35,762 nucleotides of DNA from a bacterium (GCA_044868695.1 JBIOWP010000087.1:1-35762); one strand, 5' to 3'. Shown: positions 17,693 through 26,746, counted from the stretch's first letter. Notes: a model not told the origin generated them from the sequence alone. Made by a program: numbers and translations.

Positions 17693-19207
17693 ATGATGAC
17701 CCTGGACGCGCTCCTGCGCGATCTGCCCTCCGCCCAGGTGACCGGTACGCCTGGGCGGCCGGTGTCTGCCGTCGTGTATCATTCGGCGGCGGTCCGCCCG
17801 GGCGCGCTCTTCGTTGCCATCCGCGGGCGGCAGGCCGACGGACACGCCTTCGTGGGCGAGGCGGTTGCCCGCGGCGCCGCCGGGGTCGTGGTGGAGCACC
17901 CCGTCGCAGCGCCTGCGGGGGTAGCGCAGGTGATCGTGCCCGACTCGCGCCAGGCCCTCGCGCTGCTCAGCTGCGCGTTCTTCCGGCACCCGTCCCGCGA
18001 GATGATCCTGATCGGCGTGACCGGGACAAACGGCAAGGGCACCACCGCGTACCTGCTGGAGGCGATGCTGGCCCGCGCCGGCCGGAACGCCGGGATCATT
18101 GGCACGATGGGTGTGAAACTTGGTCCGCTGACAACGACGCTGGAACGCACGACCCCTGAAGCGGCGGACCTGCAGCGCATCCTGCGCGAGATGGCCGACG
18201 GCGGCGTCCGCGACGCCGTCATGGAAGTCGCGTCCCACGCCCTGGTCCTCCACCGTGTCGCTGGCTGCCGGTTTCGCGGCGCCGTCTTCACCAACCTCAC
18301 ACAAGACCATCTGGATTTTCACCAGACCCTGGACGCGTACCGGGCGGCGAAGCGCACGCTCTTTGAGATGGTCGACCCTGACGGCGTGTCGGTGGTCAAC
18401 ATCGATGACGCCAGCGGGGCGGTCATGGCAGCCGCCAGCCGTGCGCGCGTCGTCACCTATGGAACGGCCGCCGACGCCGACCTGCGCGCCGAGGAGATCG
18501 CGCTGCATCTGGGAGGCGTGGAGTTTACCGCGGTCGCGGAGCGCGAACGGCGCAGGCTCCGGTCGCGGCTGCATGGACGGTTCAACGTGTACAATGCGCT
18601 CGCCGCAGCCGCCACCGCGCGCGCATTGGGCGTGTCCTTCGACGCGATCGAGCAGGCGCTGCGGGAGTTCGAGGGCGTGCCGGGCCGGTTTGAGGCGCTG
18701 CACGAGGGGCAGCCGTTCGGGGTCATCGTTGACTACGCGCACACACCCGATGGACTGCTGAATGTGCTGCAGGCGGTCAAAGATTTTGCCGCGGGCCGCA
18801 CGCTGGTGGTCTTCGGGTGCGGCGGGGACCGGGATCGGACCAAACGACCGGTGATGGGCCGGATCGCCGTGCACACGGCGGATGTCGCGATTGTGACCTC
18901 TGACAACCCACGCAGTGAACCGCCTGTGGCGATCATTGAGGAAATCCTCGCTGGGACCAGGGACCGGGGACCAGGGACCAGAGCACGCGTCGAGGTGGAG
19001 CCGGATCGGCGGAAGGCGATCTACCGGGCGATCGAACTCGCACGGCCGGGCGACGTCGTGGTCATCGCCGGCAAAGGGCACGAACCCTATCAGGAGATCA
19101 AGGGCGTGAAGCACCTGTTCGATGATCGGGTGGTGGCACGGGAAGCGCTGCGAACCTTACGGGCATCGGGCGCCGGGCACCGCTCGCCGACGGAAAGGCA
19201 CCAATGA
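17693..19207 (+). CDS. murE: UDP-MurNAc-dipeptide--meso-DAP ligase MurE
   Basis: GVTGTNGK, MEVASH, TNLTQDHLDFH, VDYAHTPD, FGCGGDRD, SDNPR (meso-DAP type) and AGKGHE. Confidence 0.96.
   Translation: MMTLDALLRDLPSAQVTGTPGRPVSAVVYHSAAVRPGALFVAIRGRQADGHAFVGEAVARGAAGVVVEHPVAAPAGVAQVIVPDSRQALALLSCAFFRHPSREMILIGVTGTNGKGTTAYLLEAMLARAGRNAGIIGTMGVKLGPLTTTLERTTPEAADLQRILREMADGGVRDAVMEVASHALVLHRVAGCRFRGAVFTNLTQDHLDFHQTLDAYRAAKRTLFEMVDPDGVSVVNIDDASGAVMAAASRARVVTYGTAADADLRAEEIALHLGGVEFTAVAERERRRLRSRLHGRFNVYNALAAAATARALGVSFDAIEQALREFEGVPGRFEALHEGQPFGVIVDYAHTPDGLLNVLQAVKDFAAGRTLVVFGCGGDRDRTKRPVMGRIAVHTADVAIVTSDNPRSEPPVAIIEEILAGTRDRGPGTRARVEVEPDRRKAIYRAIELARPGDVVVIAGKGHEPYQEIKGVKHLFDDRVVAREALRTLRASGAGHRSPTERHQ
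18953..18980 (+). repeat. Heptamer tandem repeat GGGACC(A/G) x4 inside murE
   Basis: GGGACCA GGGACCG GGGACCA GGGACCA. Confidence 0.85.
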
Positions 19208-19285
19208 GGTTCACCCTCACAGAGATCGTCAGGGCAACGGGAGGCGTCATCGCCTCGACGCCCGGAGCCCGGAGCCCTGAGCCCG
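19160..19285. repeat. Inverted heptamer arrays flanking the murE/murF junction
   Basis: CGGGCAT CGGGCGC CGGGCAC (19160-19180) against CCCGGAG CCCGGAG CCCTGAG CCCG (19261-19285). Confidence 0.6.
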
Positions 19286-20613
19286 TTGTGACGGGCGTCA
19301 GCACGGATACGCGCACGCTGCGCCCCGGGGATCTCTTCATTCCGCTCCGCGGCCCGAGGACGGATGGTCACCGGTTCATTGGGGACGCCTTTGCGAAGGG
19401 GGCCGCCGTGTCGCTGTCTGCTCATCCGGTCGCGGTGCCCAACGGGGCGGCGGTCGTCCTCGTCGAGGACACCCTGAGGGCGCTCGGACACGTCGCCGCC
19501 GCGTATCGTTCGACCCTTCCGGCCACCGTCGTGGGCGTCACGGGAAGCGTCGGTAAGACGACGGTCACGGGCATGTGCGCCGCCGTCCTGGCCACGCGGT
19601 TTCGCGTGGTCCGTACCCGGGATGACTGGAATGCGGAAGTCGGAGTGCCGCTCACGATCCTTGCGCTGGGCCCCGAGGATCAGTTCGCCGTGATCGAAAT
19701 GGCCATGCGCGGCCTGGGGCAGATCGCCTCGCTCGTGGAGATCGCCCGGCCCCGCATCGGCGTGGTCACGACCATTGGGGAGTCGCACCTTGAACTGCTC
19801 GGGAGCATCGAGAACGTGGCCCGCGCCAAGGGGGAACTTGTCGAAGGGTTGCCCCCGGACGGCGTGGCGGTGCTCAATGGGGATGATCGGCGCGTGAACG
19901 CCCTCTCATCGCGCGCACGCGCGCGCGTCATGACGTATGGCCTCGATGGCGCGCCCGACGTCTGGACCCGGGACGTGCAGTTTACGCCGTCCGGGATGCG
20001 CTTTACGGCCGGCCACCGGAAGATGCAGGCCGCGGCGATACTGCCGGCATGGGGGCGTCACAACGTTCGCAACGCGCTCGCGGCGGTGGCGGTCGGTCTT
20101 GCGGCCGGGCTCGATCTGCCGGCGGCGGCGGGCGGGCTCGCGCAGTTCGAGGTGCCGAAGATGCGGCTGCAGCCGGTGCGCGCCGGTGACTTGTTGATTA
20201 TCAACGACGCCTACAATGCGAGCCCCGCCTCGCTCGTGGCCGCCCTAGACGTCCTGCGAGGAGCCGCGGGAATGCGCCGGCGGGTGGCCGTGCTGGGAGA
20301 GATGAAAGAACTCGGCGCGGACTCGCGCGCGATGCACGACGGCATGGGCGCGCAGGCGGCAGAGGTTGCCGCCGTCCTGGTCGCGGTGGGAGCCGACGAC
20401 GCGGCTGCTCTGGCCCGGGGGGCCCGCGGCGTCAAAGGGAACGCCGATGTCCACCACGTCCCCGACGCGCGCTCGGCCGTTGAGCTGCTGAAGCAGATCC
20501 TGCGGACCGGGGACGTCGTGCTGGTGAAGGGGTCGCGCGCGATGGAAATGGAGCGGGTCGTTGCCGCGATCGCAGAGCCTCCCGCGCCCAACCCGCAGGG
20601 GCATTCCCGATGA
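19204..20613 (+). CDS. murF: UDP-MurNAc-tripeptide--D-Ala-D-Ala ligase MurF
   Basis: STDTR, DGHRF, GVTGSVGKTT, INDAYNASP, LGEMKELG and VKGSR; ATGA overlap. Confidence 0.95.
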   Translation: MRFTLTEIVRATGGVIASTPGARSPEPVVTGVSTDTRTLRPGDLFIPLRGPRTDGHRFIGDAFAKGAAVSLSAHPVAVPNGAAVVLVEDTLRALGHVAAAYRSTLPATVVGVTGSVGKTTVTGMCAAVLATRFRVVRTRDDWNAEVGVPLTILALGPEDQFAVIEMAMRGLGQIASLVEIARPRIGVVTTIGESHLELLGSIENVARAKGELVEGLPPDGVAVLNGDDRRVNALSSRARARVMTYGLDGAPDVWTRDVQFTPSGMRFTAGHRKMQAAAILPAWGRHNVRNALAAVAVGLAAGLDLPAAAGGLAQFEVPKMRLQPVRAGDLLIINDAYNASPASLVAALDVLRGAAGMRRRVAVLGEMKELGADSRAMHDGMGAQAAEVAAVLVAVGADDAAALARGARGVKGNADVHHVPDARSAVELLKQILRTGDVVLVKGSRAMEMERVVAAIAEPPAPNPQGHSR

Positions 20614-21569
20614 TCGAGCGCATCGTCGGCGCCGCGGCGCTGGCGGCGGTGCTGAGCGTGGGGCTGGGCCGGTGGGGAATTCCGCGTCTGCGGCGACTGC
20701 GGGTCCAGCAGGCGATCCGCGAAGAAGCTCCGGCGCGCCATCAGGCCAAGGCCGGCACGCCGACGATGGGCGGGATCTTCATCCTCCTGGCAGCGCTTCT
20801 CGCCGGCGCGGTCGCGCTGCGGCGGCTGGCGCCCGGCGTGGCGTTTACCGCCATGGTGATGCTTGGATATGGTCTCGTGGGAGGACTCGATGATCTGCTG
20901 AAGATCCGCCGCCAGCGGAACCTCGGACTTCGAGCGCGGGAACGCCTGGCCGCGCAGCTCCTGCTTGCCGCGCTGGTGGCGTTCTATGCGGCACGGCGCC
21001 CGGAACTCGGGACGTCGGTGCGCGTGCCGTGGCTCGGGGAGTGGGATCTCGGATGGGGATACGTGCTCTTCGCCATCCTCTACGTCGTGGGCGTCGTCAA
21101 CGCCGTGAACGAGACCGACGGACTCGACGGGCTGGCCGCGGGGGCCGTCGCCATCGCGGCGGGCGGGTACGTGGCCATCGCGCTGACCGCCGGCCGGGGC
21201 GAGCTCGCGGTCCTGTGCGCCGCGCTCACCGGTGCCTGCCTCGGGTTTCTGTGGTTCAACGCCCACCCCGCCTCGGTCATCATGGGCGACGTGGGCAGCA
21301 ACGCGCTCGGCGCCGGGCTCGCCGCCGTGGCGATCATCACCAAGACCGAATTCATCCTGGGGATTGTGGGCCTCGTCTTCGTGCTGGAGGCGGGCTCGGT
21401 CCTCTTGCAGGTCGCCTACTTCAAGTGGACCGGAGGACGGCGGCTGTTCCGGATGAGTCCGCTGCACCACCACTTTGAGCTCTCGGGGTGGACCGAGACC
21501 CAGATCGTCACCCGCTTCTGGCTGATCGCGGTCTTTGCGGCGCTGGTGGGCATCACGGTGGTGCCATGA
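20610..21569 (+). CDS. mraY: Phospho-N-acetylmuramoyl-pentapeptide transferase
   Basis: KAGTPTMGG, LDD, NAVNETDGLDGL, FNAHPA..MGDVGS and MSPLHHHFEL. Confidence 0.97.
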   Translation: MIERIVGAAALAAVLSVGLGRWGIPRLRRLRVQQAIREEAPARHQAKAGTPTMGGIFILLAALLAGAVALRRLAPGVAFTAMVMLGYGLVGGLDDLLKIRRQRNLGLRARERLAAQLLLAALVAFYAARRPELGTSVRVPWLGEWDLGWGYVLFAILYVVGVVNAVNETDGLDGLAAGAVAIAAGGYVAIALTAGRGELAVLCAALTGACLGFLWFNAHPASVIMGDVGSNALGAGLAAVAIITKTEFILGIVGLVFVLEAGSVLLQVAYFKWTGGRRLFRMSPLHHHFELSGWTETQIVTRFWLIAVFAALVGITVVP

Positions 21570-23041
21570 GCCGTGTCCACGAAGTGGTTCGCAAGCTGAA
21601 CGGGAAGCGCATCCACGTCGTCGGGCTCGCGGGGACCGAGGGCGCCTCCGTCGTGGACTTTCTCGCCGCCCGCGGCGTCACCGGAATCACGGCGCACGAA
21701 CTGCGGACCCCGGAGGAGTTTGCCGGTGAGTTCGCGCGCACGCACCAATGGCTCCCCGATGGCGATCGCGCAGACGCCGCCCGCCGATTGCTGGCGGTCC
21801 CGATGACCATCCGGTGGGGCGATCGGTACCTGGAAGGCATCGGGCAGGCCGAGATCGTGTTTGTTCCGCAGGCATGGTTCCGGCATCGGGAGAATGCGCC
21901 GCTGCGCGCATTGAAGGATCGGGGGGTGGCGTTTTCCTCTATGACGCACCTCTTTTTCGAGACCAGCCCGTGTCCTGTCATCGGGGTGACCGGGACCAAC
22001 GGCAAGTTCACCGTCGCGCATCTCATTCATCAGATGCTGGTGCGCTCGGGCACGCGCGCATTCTTTTCCGGCAACGACCGGTCGCACGTCCCCATGCTGT
22101 ACTACGTGGACGAGATCCGGCCCCGCGACTGGCTGGTGCTGGAGCTCAGCAACAGGCAGCTGGTCGACCTTCCCTACAGCCCGCACATCGGCGTGATCAC
22201 TAACATCGCGCCGCACCACCTCGACGACCATGGCACGATGGACGCCTACGTCGAGGTCAAACGGACCGTGTTCCGCCATCAGGGGGCCGACGACCTGGCG
22301 GTGCTGAATGCCGACAACCCCTACACCGCCGCGATGGCGACCGGCTGCAGGCATCCCTACCTGTTCAGCCGCACCCGGGCGGTGTCTGACGGCGCCTTTG
22401 TTGATGGAGATGAGCTGGTGATCGCCCGCGGGCGTCTGCAGCAACGGGTCCCGCTGGGGATTGTGCAGTTGCCAGGCGCCCATGTCGTCGAAAACGCGCT
22501 GGCGGCTTGCCTGGCCGCGGCGCTGGGCGGCGCCTCGGTGCCGGCGCTGGCCGAGGTCCTGGCCGAGTTCCGGGGTCTCCCGTACCGCTTCCGCTTGGTC
22601 ACGGATGCCGGGGGCGTGCGGTACTATGAGGACTCGCTGGCCACCAACCCGGCGGCCGCGGCGGCGGCGGTCGCCAGCATGGATCGTCCCTTCGTGCTGA
22701 TCGCCGGCGGCGCGCGCCCCAACGCCACGGCCGAAGACTTTGGCCCCCTGCGCAGCGCCCTGGTGGGATCGCCCGTCCGGGCCGTGCTCCTCATCGGGGC
22801 GACCGCGCCGCAGCTGTCTGAGGCGCTGCGGGGTCTGCCGGTCGTGGCGGTCGGGACGCTCGAGCACGCCGTCGCAGAGGCCATGCGGATCGCGCGGCCG
22901 GGTGAGGCAGTGGTCCTGTCGCCCGCCTGCGAGAGTTTCGACCAGTTCCGCGACTATCGCGAACGCGGGGACCGATTCGTCGAACTCGTCCGGCAGGCCG
23001 CCGCCGGGCCCAGCGGGAAGATGGGGACCATCGGACGATGA
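21566..23041 (+). CDS. murD: UDP-MurNAc-L-Ala--D-Glu ligase MurD (divergent)
   Basis: GVTGTNGK, LELS..QL, HLD.H, DS.ATN and LSPAC.SFDQF..Y.ERG; position between mraY and ftsW; ATGA overlap. Confidence 0.88.
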   Translation: MSRVHEVVRKLNGKRIHVVGLAGTEGASVVDFLAARGVTGITAHELRTPEEFAGEFARTHQWLPDGDRADAARRLLAVPMTIRWGDRYLEGIGQAEIVFVPQAWFRHRENAPLRALKDRGVAFSSMTHLFFETSPCPVIGVTGTNGKFTVAHLIHQMLVRSGTRAFFSGNDRSHVPMLYYVDEIRPRDWLVLELSNRQLVDLPYSPHIGVITNIAPHHLDDHGTMDAYVEVKRTVFRHQGADDLAVLNADNPYTAAMATGCRHPYLFSRTRAVSDGAFVDGDELVIARGRLQQRVPLGIVQLPGAHVVENALAACLAAALGGASVPALAEVLAEFRGLPYRFRLVTDAGGVRYYEDSLATNPAAAAAAVASMDRPFVLIAGGARPNATAEDFGPLRSALVGSPVRAVLLIGATAPQLSEALRGLPVVAVGTLEHAVAEAMRIARPGEAVVLSPACESFDQFRDYRERGDRFVELVRQAAAGPSGKMGTIGR

Positions 23042-24177
23042 GCCTCGTGCCGAAGCGGGCTCCGGACGCCTGGCTGTTCTTCACCGTGGTCGCGCTGGTG
23101 GCGATCGGCGTGGTCATGGTGTACAGTGCCAGCGCGATCGTCGCGCACGACCGCTACGGCGACAGCGCCTTCTTCTTCAAGCGGCAGGTCCTGTGGGCCG
23201 GCCTGGGCATGGCCGCGCTGCTCATCACCCAGCGCATTCACTATGCCGGCCTGCGGAGATTTACGCCCCTCCTTCTCTTCCTGGCCGTGGCCTCGCTGGC
23301 CCTGGTTCTGGTACCCGGCATCGGCCGGGTGGCCGGCGGGGCGCGGCGCTGGATCGCGCTGGGCGGTCCGTTCTCGTTCCAACCGGCCGAAGGCGCCAAG
23401 CTCGCGCTGGCCCTCTATCTGGCGAATTTTCTCGCGAACCGCGGCGGTGGGCATGAGGAGCTTCGCACGATCGGGCCGCCGCTGCTCGTGACCGCGCTGA
23501 TGTCGGGGCTTATCCTGGTGCAGCCGGACATGGGCACCGCCCTCCTGGTCGGGCTGCTGGCCGTCGGCCTCCTGTTCATCGGAGGACTCCGGCTCACTCA
23601 CCTGGCCGGGCTGGGCATTGCCAGCGTGCCGCTGCTCACCATCGCCGTGCTGGGCGAGGAATATCGCCGGCAGCGGATCATGGCGTTCCTGGACCCATGG
23701 CGCGATCCGCAGGGGGCGGGGTTTCACATCATCCAGTCGCTGCTGGCGCTGGGGTCCGGCGGCGTGTTCGGGCTCGGGTTGGGGGAAAGCCGGCAGAAGT
23801 TCTTCTATCTCCCCGAGCGCCACACCGACTTCATCTTCGCCATTCTCGGTGAGGAACTGGGCCTGGTCGGCGGCGTGGTCCTGCTGGCGCTCTTCGGCGT
23901 TCTGGCCGTGCGGGGCTTCCGCATTGCCCGGGAGGCACCGGACCGGTACGCCAGCCTGGCGGCCGGCGGCATCACGCTGATGATCATCCTGCAGGCGATC
24001 ATCAACATCGGTGTTGCCACCGGCGTGCTGCCGATTACCGGCGTCCCGCTCCCCTTCGTCAGTTTCGGCGGGTCATCGCTGGTGTTTGCGATGATTGGGG
24101 TGGGGGTCGTGCTGAACATTTCGCAGTACAGCGAAAACGCGGGATCGCGGGAACGGGGGAACGCGGGATTGCGATGA
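23038..24177 (+). CDS. ftsW: SEDS family peptidoglycan polymerase FtsW
   Basis: GVVMVYSAS, GARRWI, FQPAEGAK, QPDMGT, LPERHTDFIFAILGEELG and TGVPLPFVSFGGSS. Confidence 0.96.
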   Translation: MSLVPKRAPDAWLFFTVVALVAIGVVMVYSASAIVAHDRYGDSAFFFKRQVLWAGLGMAALLITQRIHYAGLRRFTPLLLFLAVASLALVLVPGIGRVAGGARRWIALGGPFSFQPAEGAKLALALYLANFLANRGGGHEELRTIGPPLLVTALMSGLILVQPDMGTALLVGLLAVGLLFIGGLRLTHLAGLGIASVPLLTIAVLGEEYRRQRIMAFLDPWRDPQGAGFHIIQSLLALGSGGVFGLGLGESRQKFFYLPERHTDFIFAILGEELGLVGGVVLLALFGVLAVRGFRIAREAPDRYASLAAGGITLMIILQAIINIGVATGVLPITGVPLPFVSFGGSSLVFAMIGVGVVLNISQYSENAGSRERGNAGLR

Positions 24178-24226
24178 AGGCGAGTATCCCCTCGCGTTTC
24201 CGCGTTCCCCTGCTCCCGGGTTCCCG
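24136..24226. repeat. Inverted octamer arrays AACGCGGG / CCCGCGTT across the ftsW stop codon
   Basis: Four units at 24136-24167 and four degenerate reverse-complement units at 24191-24226. Confidence 0.8.
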
Positions 24227-24242
24227 GTAGTTGGTGCCCGTG

Positions 24243-25346
24243 GTGCGCGTCGTGATCACGGGGGGCGGCACAGGCGGTCATGTCTATCCCGGGTTGGCCA
24301 TCGCCGAAGCGCTCACGGCCGCCCGCCCGCACACCGAGGTGTTATTTATCGGCGGAACCGGACTGGAACGGCGCATCGTGTCAGGGGCCGGGTGGCCCTA
24401 TCAGCAGGTGACCGCAGGCCCGTGGCCGCGGCGGCTGTCCTGGGCGCTCCCGTGGGCCGCGCTGCTGACCGCGCTCGGCACCGCGCAGGCGATTCCGCTG
24501 CTTCGCCGGTGGCGGCCGGGGGTAGTAGTGGCGACCGGCGGATATGCCGCAGCGCCGGTCGGGGCGGCCGCCGCCCTGCTCGGAATTCCATTGATCGTCC
24601 AGGAGCAGAACCTGTATCCCGGCGCCGCGAACCGGATCCTGGGCCGGTGGGCCCGCGCCGTCTCCGTGCCGCATGAACGCGCCGCCGGCAGCTTTGCACG
24701 GAACGTGGCGGTAACCGGTGTCCCGGTGCGCGCGGCTGCGCTGCGGGGTGACCGCGCGCGGGGACGCCACGCGTTCGGGCTGCTGGACCGGCGGTTGACC
24801 ATCCTGGTCCTGGGGGGCAGCCAGGGGGCCCGCAGCCTCAATGGCGCGGTGCTGGAGATGGCCGCGCTGATCGAGCGGAGCGCGGACGTCCAGATCCTGC
24901 ATCAAACGGGGAAAGATCATGAGGAGTGGGTGCGGACGCGCCTGCGGACGCTGCCCTCGTCGCTGCGGTACGTCGCGGTGCCGTACATCGACCAGATGGC
25001 CGATGCCTATGCCTGCGCGGATCTGGTCATCTGCCGGGCCGGCGCCAGCACACTGGCCGAAGTCACCGCCAACGGCGTTCCGGCGATTGCGGTGCCGTAC
25101 CCGCACGCCGCGGCGGGTCACCAGGAGGCCAACGCGCGGCTGCTGGAATCTGCCGGTGCCGCCGTCGTCGTGCTCGACCGTGAGCTCACCGGGCACCGGC
25201 TGGCAGGCGTTGTCGGCGGCTTGCGCGCGGACCAGGCGCGTCTGGAGGCGATGGCAGACGCCAGCGCCCGGATGGGGAAACCGGAAGCCGCCGCGCAGGT
25301 CGCGCAGTTGATTCTCTCGATGGCACGATCCCAGGAGTCGCTGTGA
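24243..25346 (+). CDS. murG: Lipid II GlcNAc transferase MurG
   Basis: TGGGTGGH, TGGY, EQN, GGSQGA, RAGASTLAE and HQEANA; the start lies among 24231-24243. Confidence 0.96.
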   Translation: MRVVITGGGTGGHVYPGLAIAEALTAARPHTEVLFIGGTGLERRIVSGAGWPYQQVTAGPWPRRLSWALPWAALLTALGTAQAIPLLRRWRPGVVVATGGYAAAPVGAAAALLGIPLIVQEQNLYPGAANRILGRWARAVSVPHERAAGSFARNVAVTGVPVRAAALRGDRARGRHAFGLLDRRLTILVLGGSQGARSLNGAVLEMAALIERSADVQILHQTGKDHEEWVRTRLRTLPSSLRYVAVPYIDQMADAYACADLVICRAGASTLAEVTANGVPAIAVPYPHAAAGHQEANARLLESAGAAVVVLDRELTGHRLAGVVGGLRADQARLEAMADASARMGKPEAAAQVAQLILSMARSQESL

Positions 25347-26743
25347 TCGATCGCGGGATGCGGGTGCACTTTGTCGGGATCGGGGGGGCGGGCATGAGCG
25401 CCCTCGCGCACCTGTTGCTGGCGCGTGGGTATCGCGTCAGTGGCTCGGACCTCCACGCCTCCGAGACCACCCGGCGGCTGGCTGCGCTGGGCGCCGCGAT
25501 TTCTGTCGGGCACGCCGCGGGCCAGGTGGCCGGGGCGGACGTGGTAGTGGCTTCGCGCGCGATTCCCGACGCGAACGTCGAGATCGCGGCGGCGCGCTCT
25601 CGCGGTCTGCCGGTGTATCACCGCGCCCAGCTGCTGGGACAGGTTCTCACCGAAGGGTTTGGCATCGCGGTGGTCGGCACGCACGGGAAGACCACCACCG
25701 CCGCGATGACGGCGCACGTCCTGGCCGCCGGCGGGCTGGATCCCACCGCGCTGATCGGCGCCGACGTGGAGGGACTGGAGGGGAACGTCCGCGTCGGAGC
25801 AGGACGGTACGTGGTGGCCGAGGTTGACGAGTCCGACGGGTCGCTGCTGTACGTGCGGCCCGCTGCCGCGGTCGTCACCAGCCTGGACATCTCAGATCAT
25901 CGCGACTACTACCCCACGGTGGATCGCCTGGCCGCGACGTTCACCCGGTTCCTCGACGCGCTGCCCGGGGAAGGATTTGCCGTGATGTGCACGGACCACC
26001 GCCACGTGCAGGACCTGGTGTCCCATGTGCCGGTGCGCACAATCACGTACGGACTGTCCGAGGCTGCGCAGTACTCGGCCGCGATCCAGGCCCTTGAGGG
26101 CGCGCGGACGCGGTGTGTCTTCCGACGGGCGGGATCGGTGTTGGGCCCGGTCGTGCTGAACGTCCCCGGCCGCTACAACGTGCACAACGCGCTGGCTGCC
26201 GCCGCCGTGGCGGGGGAGCTGGGGCTGGGGTTCACCGCGGTGGCGCAGGCCCTGGAGAGTTTTCGCGGGGTGAGCCGGCGGTTTTCCGTGCGCGGAGAGG
26301 TGGACGGCATCATGGTGGTGGACGACTACGCCCACAATCCCATCAAGGTGGCCGCGGTGCTGCGCGCGGCGCGCGAGTCGTGGCCCGGCCGGCGCGTCCT
26401 GGCCATCTTCCAGCCGCACCGCTTCACCCGGACCCGGTCGACGCATACGCACTTTGCCGGGGCGTTTGCCGATTGCGACGAGCTCATCATCACCGAGATC
26501 TATCCCGCCGATGAGGCGCCTATTGCGGGGGTCAGCGCGGCGCTCATCGTCGATGCGGTGCGGCCGCACCGGCCGGTGACCTTCATCGCGAACCCGGCCA
26601 GCGTGGTCGAGCACCTGCGCCCCCTCTTGCGCGTGGGGGATCTCGTGCTGACCCTGGGCGCGGGGGATATCTGGAAGGTGGCCGACGAACTCGTCGCCGA
26701 GCTGCGCCGGCGCGGGAACGCGAAGATGCGGAGCACCGGCTAA
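25343..26743 (+). CDS. murC: UDP-MurNAc--L-alanine ligase MurC
   Basis: HFVGIGGAGMS, SGSD, GTHGKTTT, EVDESDGS, DDYAH, FQPHRFTRT and LGAGDI. Confidence 0.95.
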   Translation: MIDRGMRVHFVGIGGAGMSALAHLLLARGYRVSGSDLHASETTRRLAALGAAISVGHAAGQVAGADVVVASRAIPDANVEIAAARSRGLPVYHRAQLLGQVLTEGFGIAVVGTHGKTTTAAMTAHVLAAGGLDPTALIGADVEGLEGNVRVGAGRYVVAEVDESDGSLLYVRPAAAVVTSLDISDHRDYYPTVDRLAATFTRFLDALPGEGFAVMCTDHRHVQDLVSHVPVRTITYGLSEAAQYSAAIQALEGARTRCVFRRAGSVLGPVVLNVPGRYNVHNALAAAAVAGELGLGFTAVAQALESFRGVSRRFSVRGEVDGIMVVDDYAHNPIKVAAVLRAARESWPGRRVLAIFQPHRFTRTRSTHTHFAGAFADCDELIITEIYPADEAPIAGVSAALIVDAVRPHRPVTFIANPASVVEHLRPLLRVGDLVLTLGAGDIWKVADELVAELRRRGNAKMRSTG

Positions 26744-26746
26744 GCG

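Noticed and set aside
17624..19114. Long antisense ORFs (496 aa here; also 21416-22867, 20211-21473 and 12926-14329)
   Set aside because: Shadow ORFs expected opposite GC-rich genes; no recognisable motifs
24136..24226. CRISPR-like or transposon-end interpretation of the short repeat arrays
   Set aside because: Units are 6-8 nt in tandem without spacers, and there is no cas or transposase gene in the window
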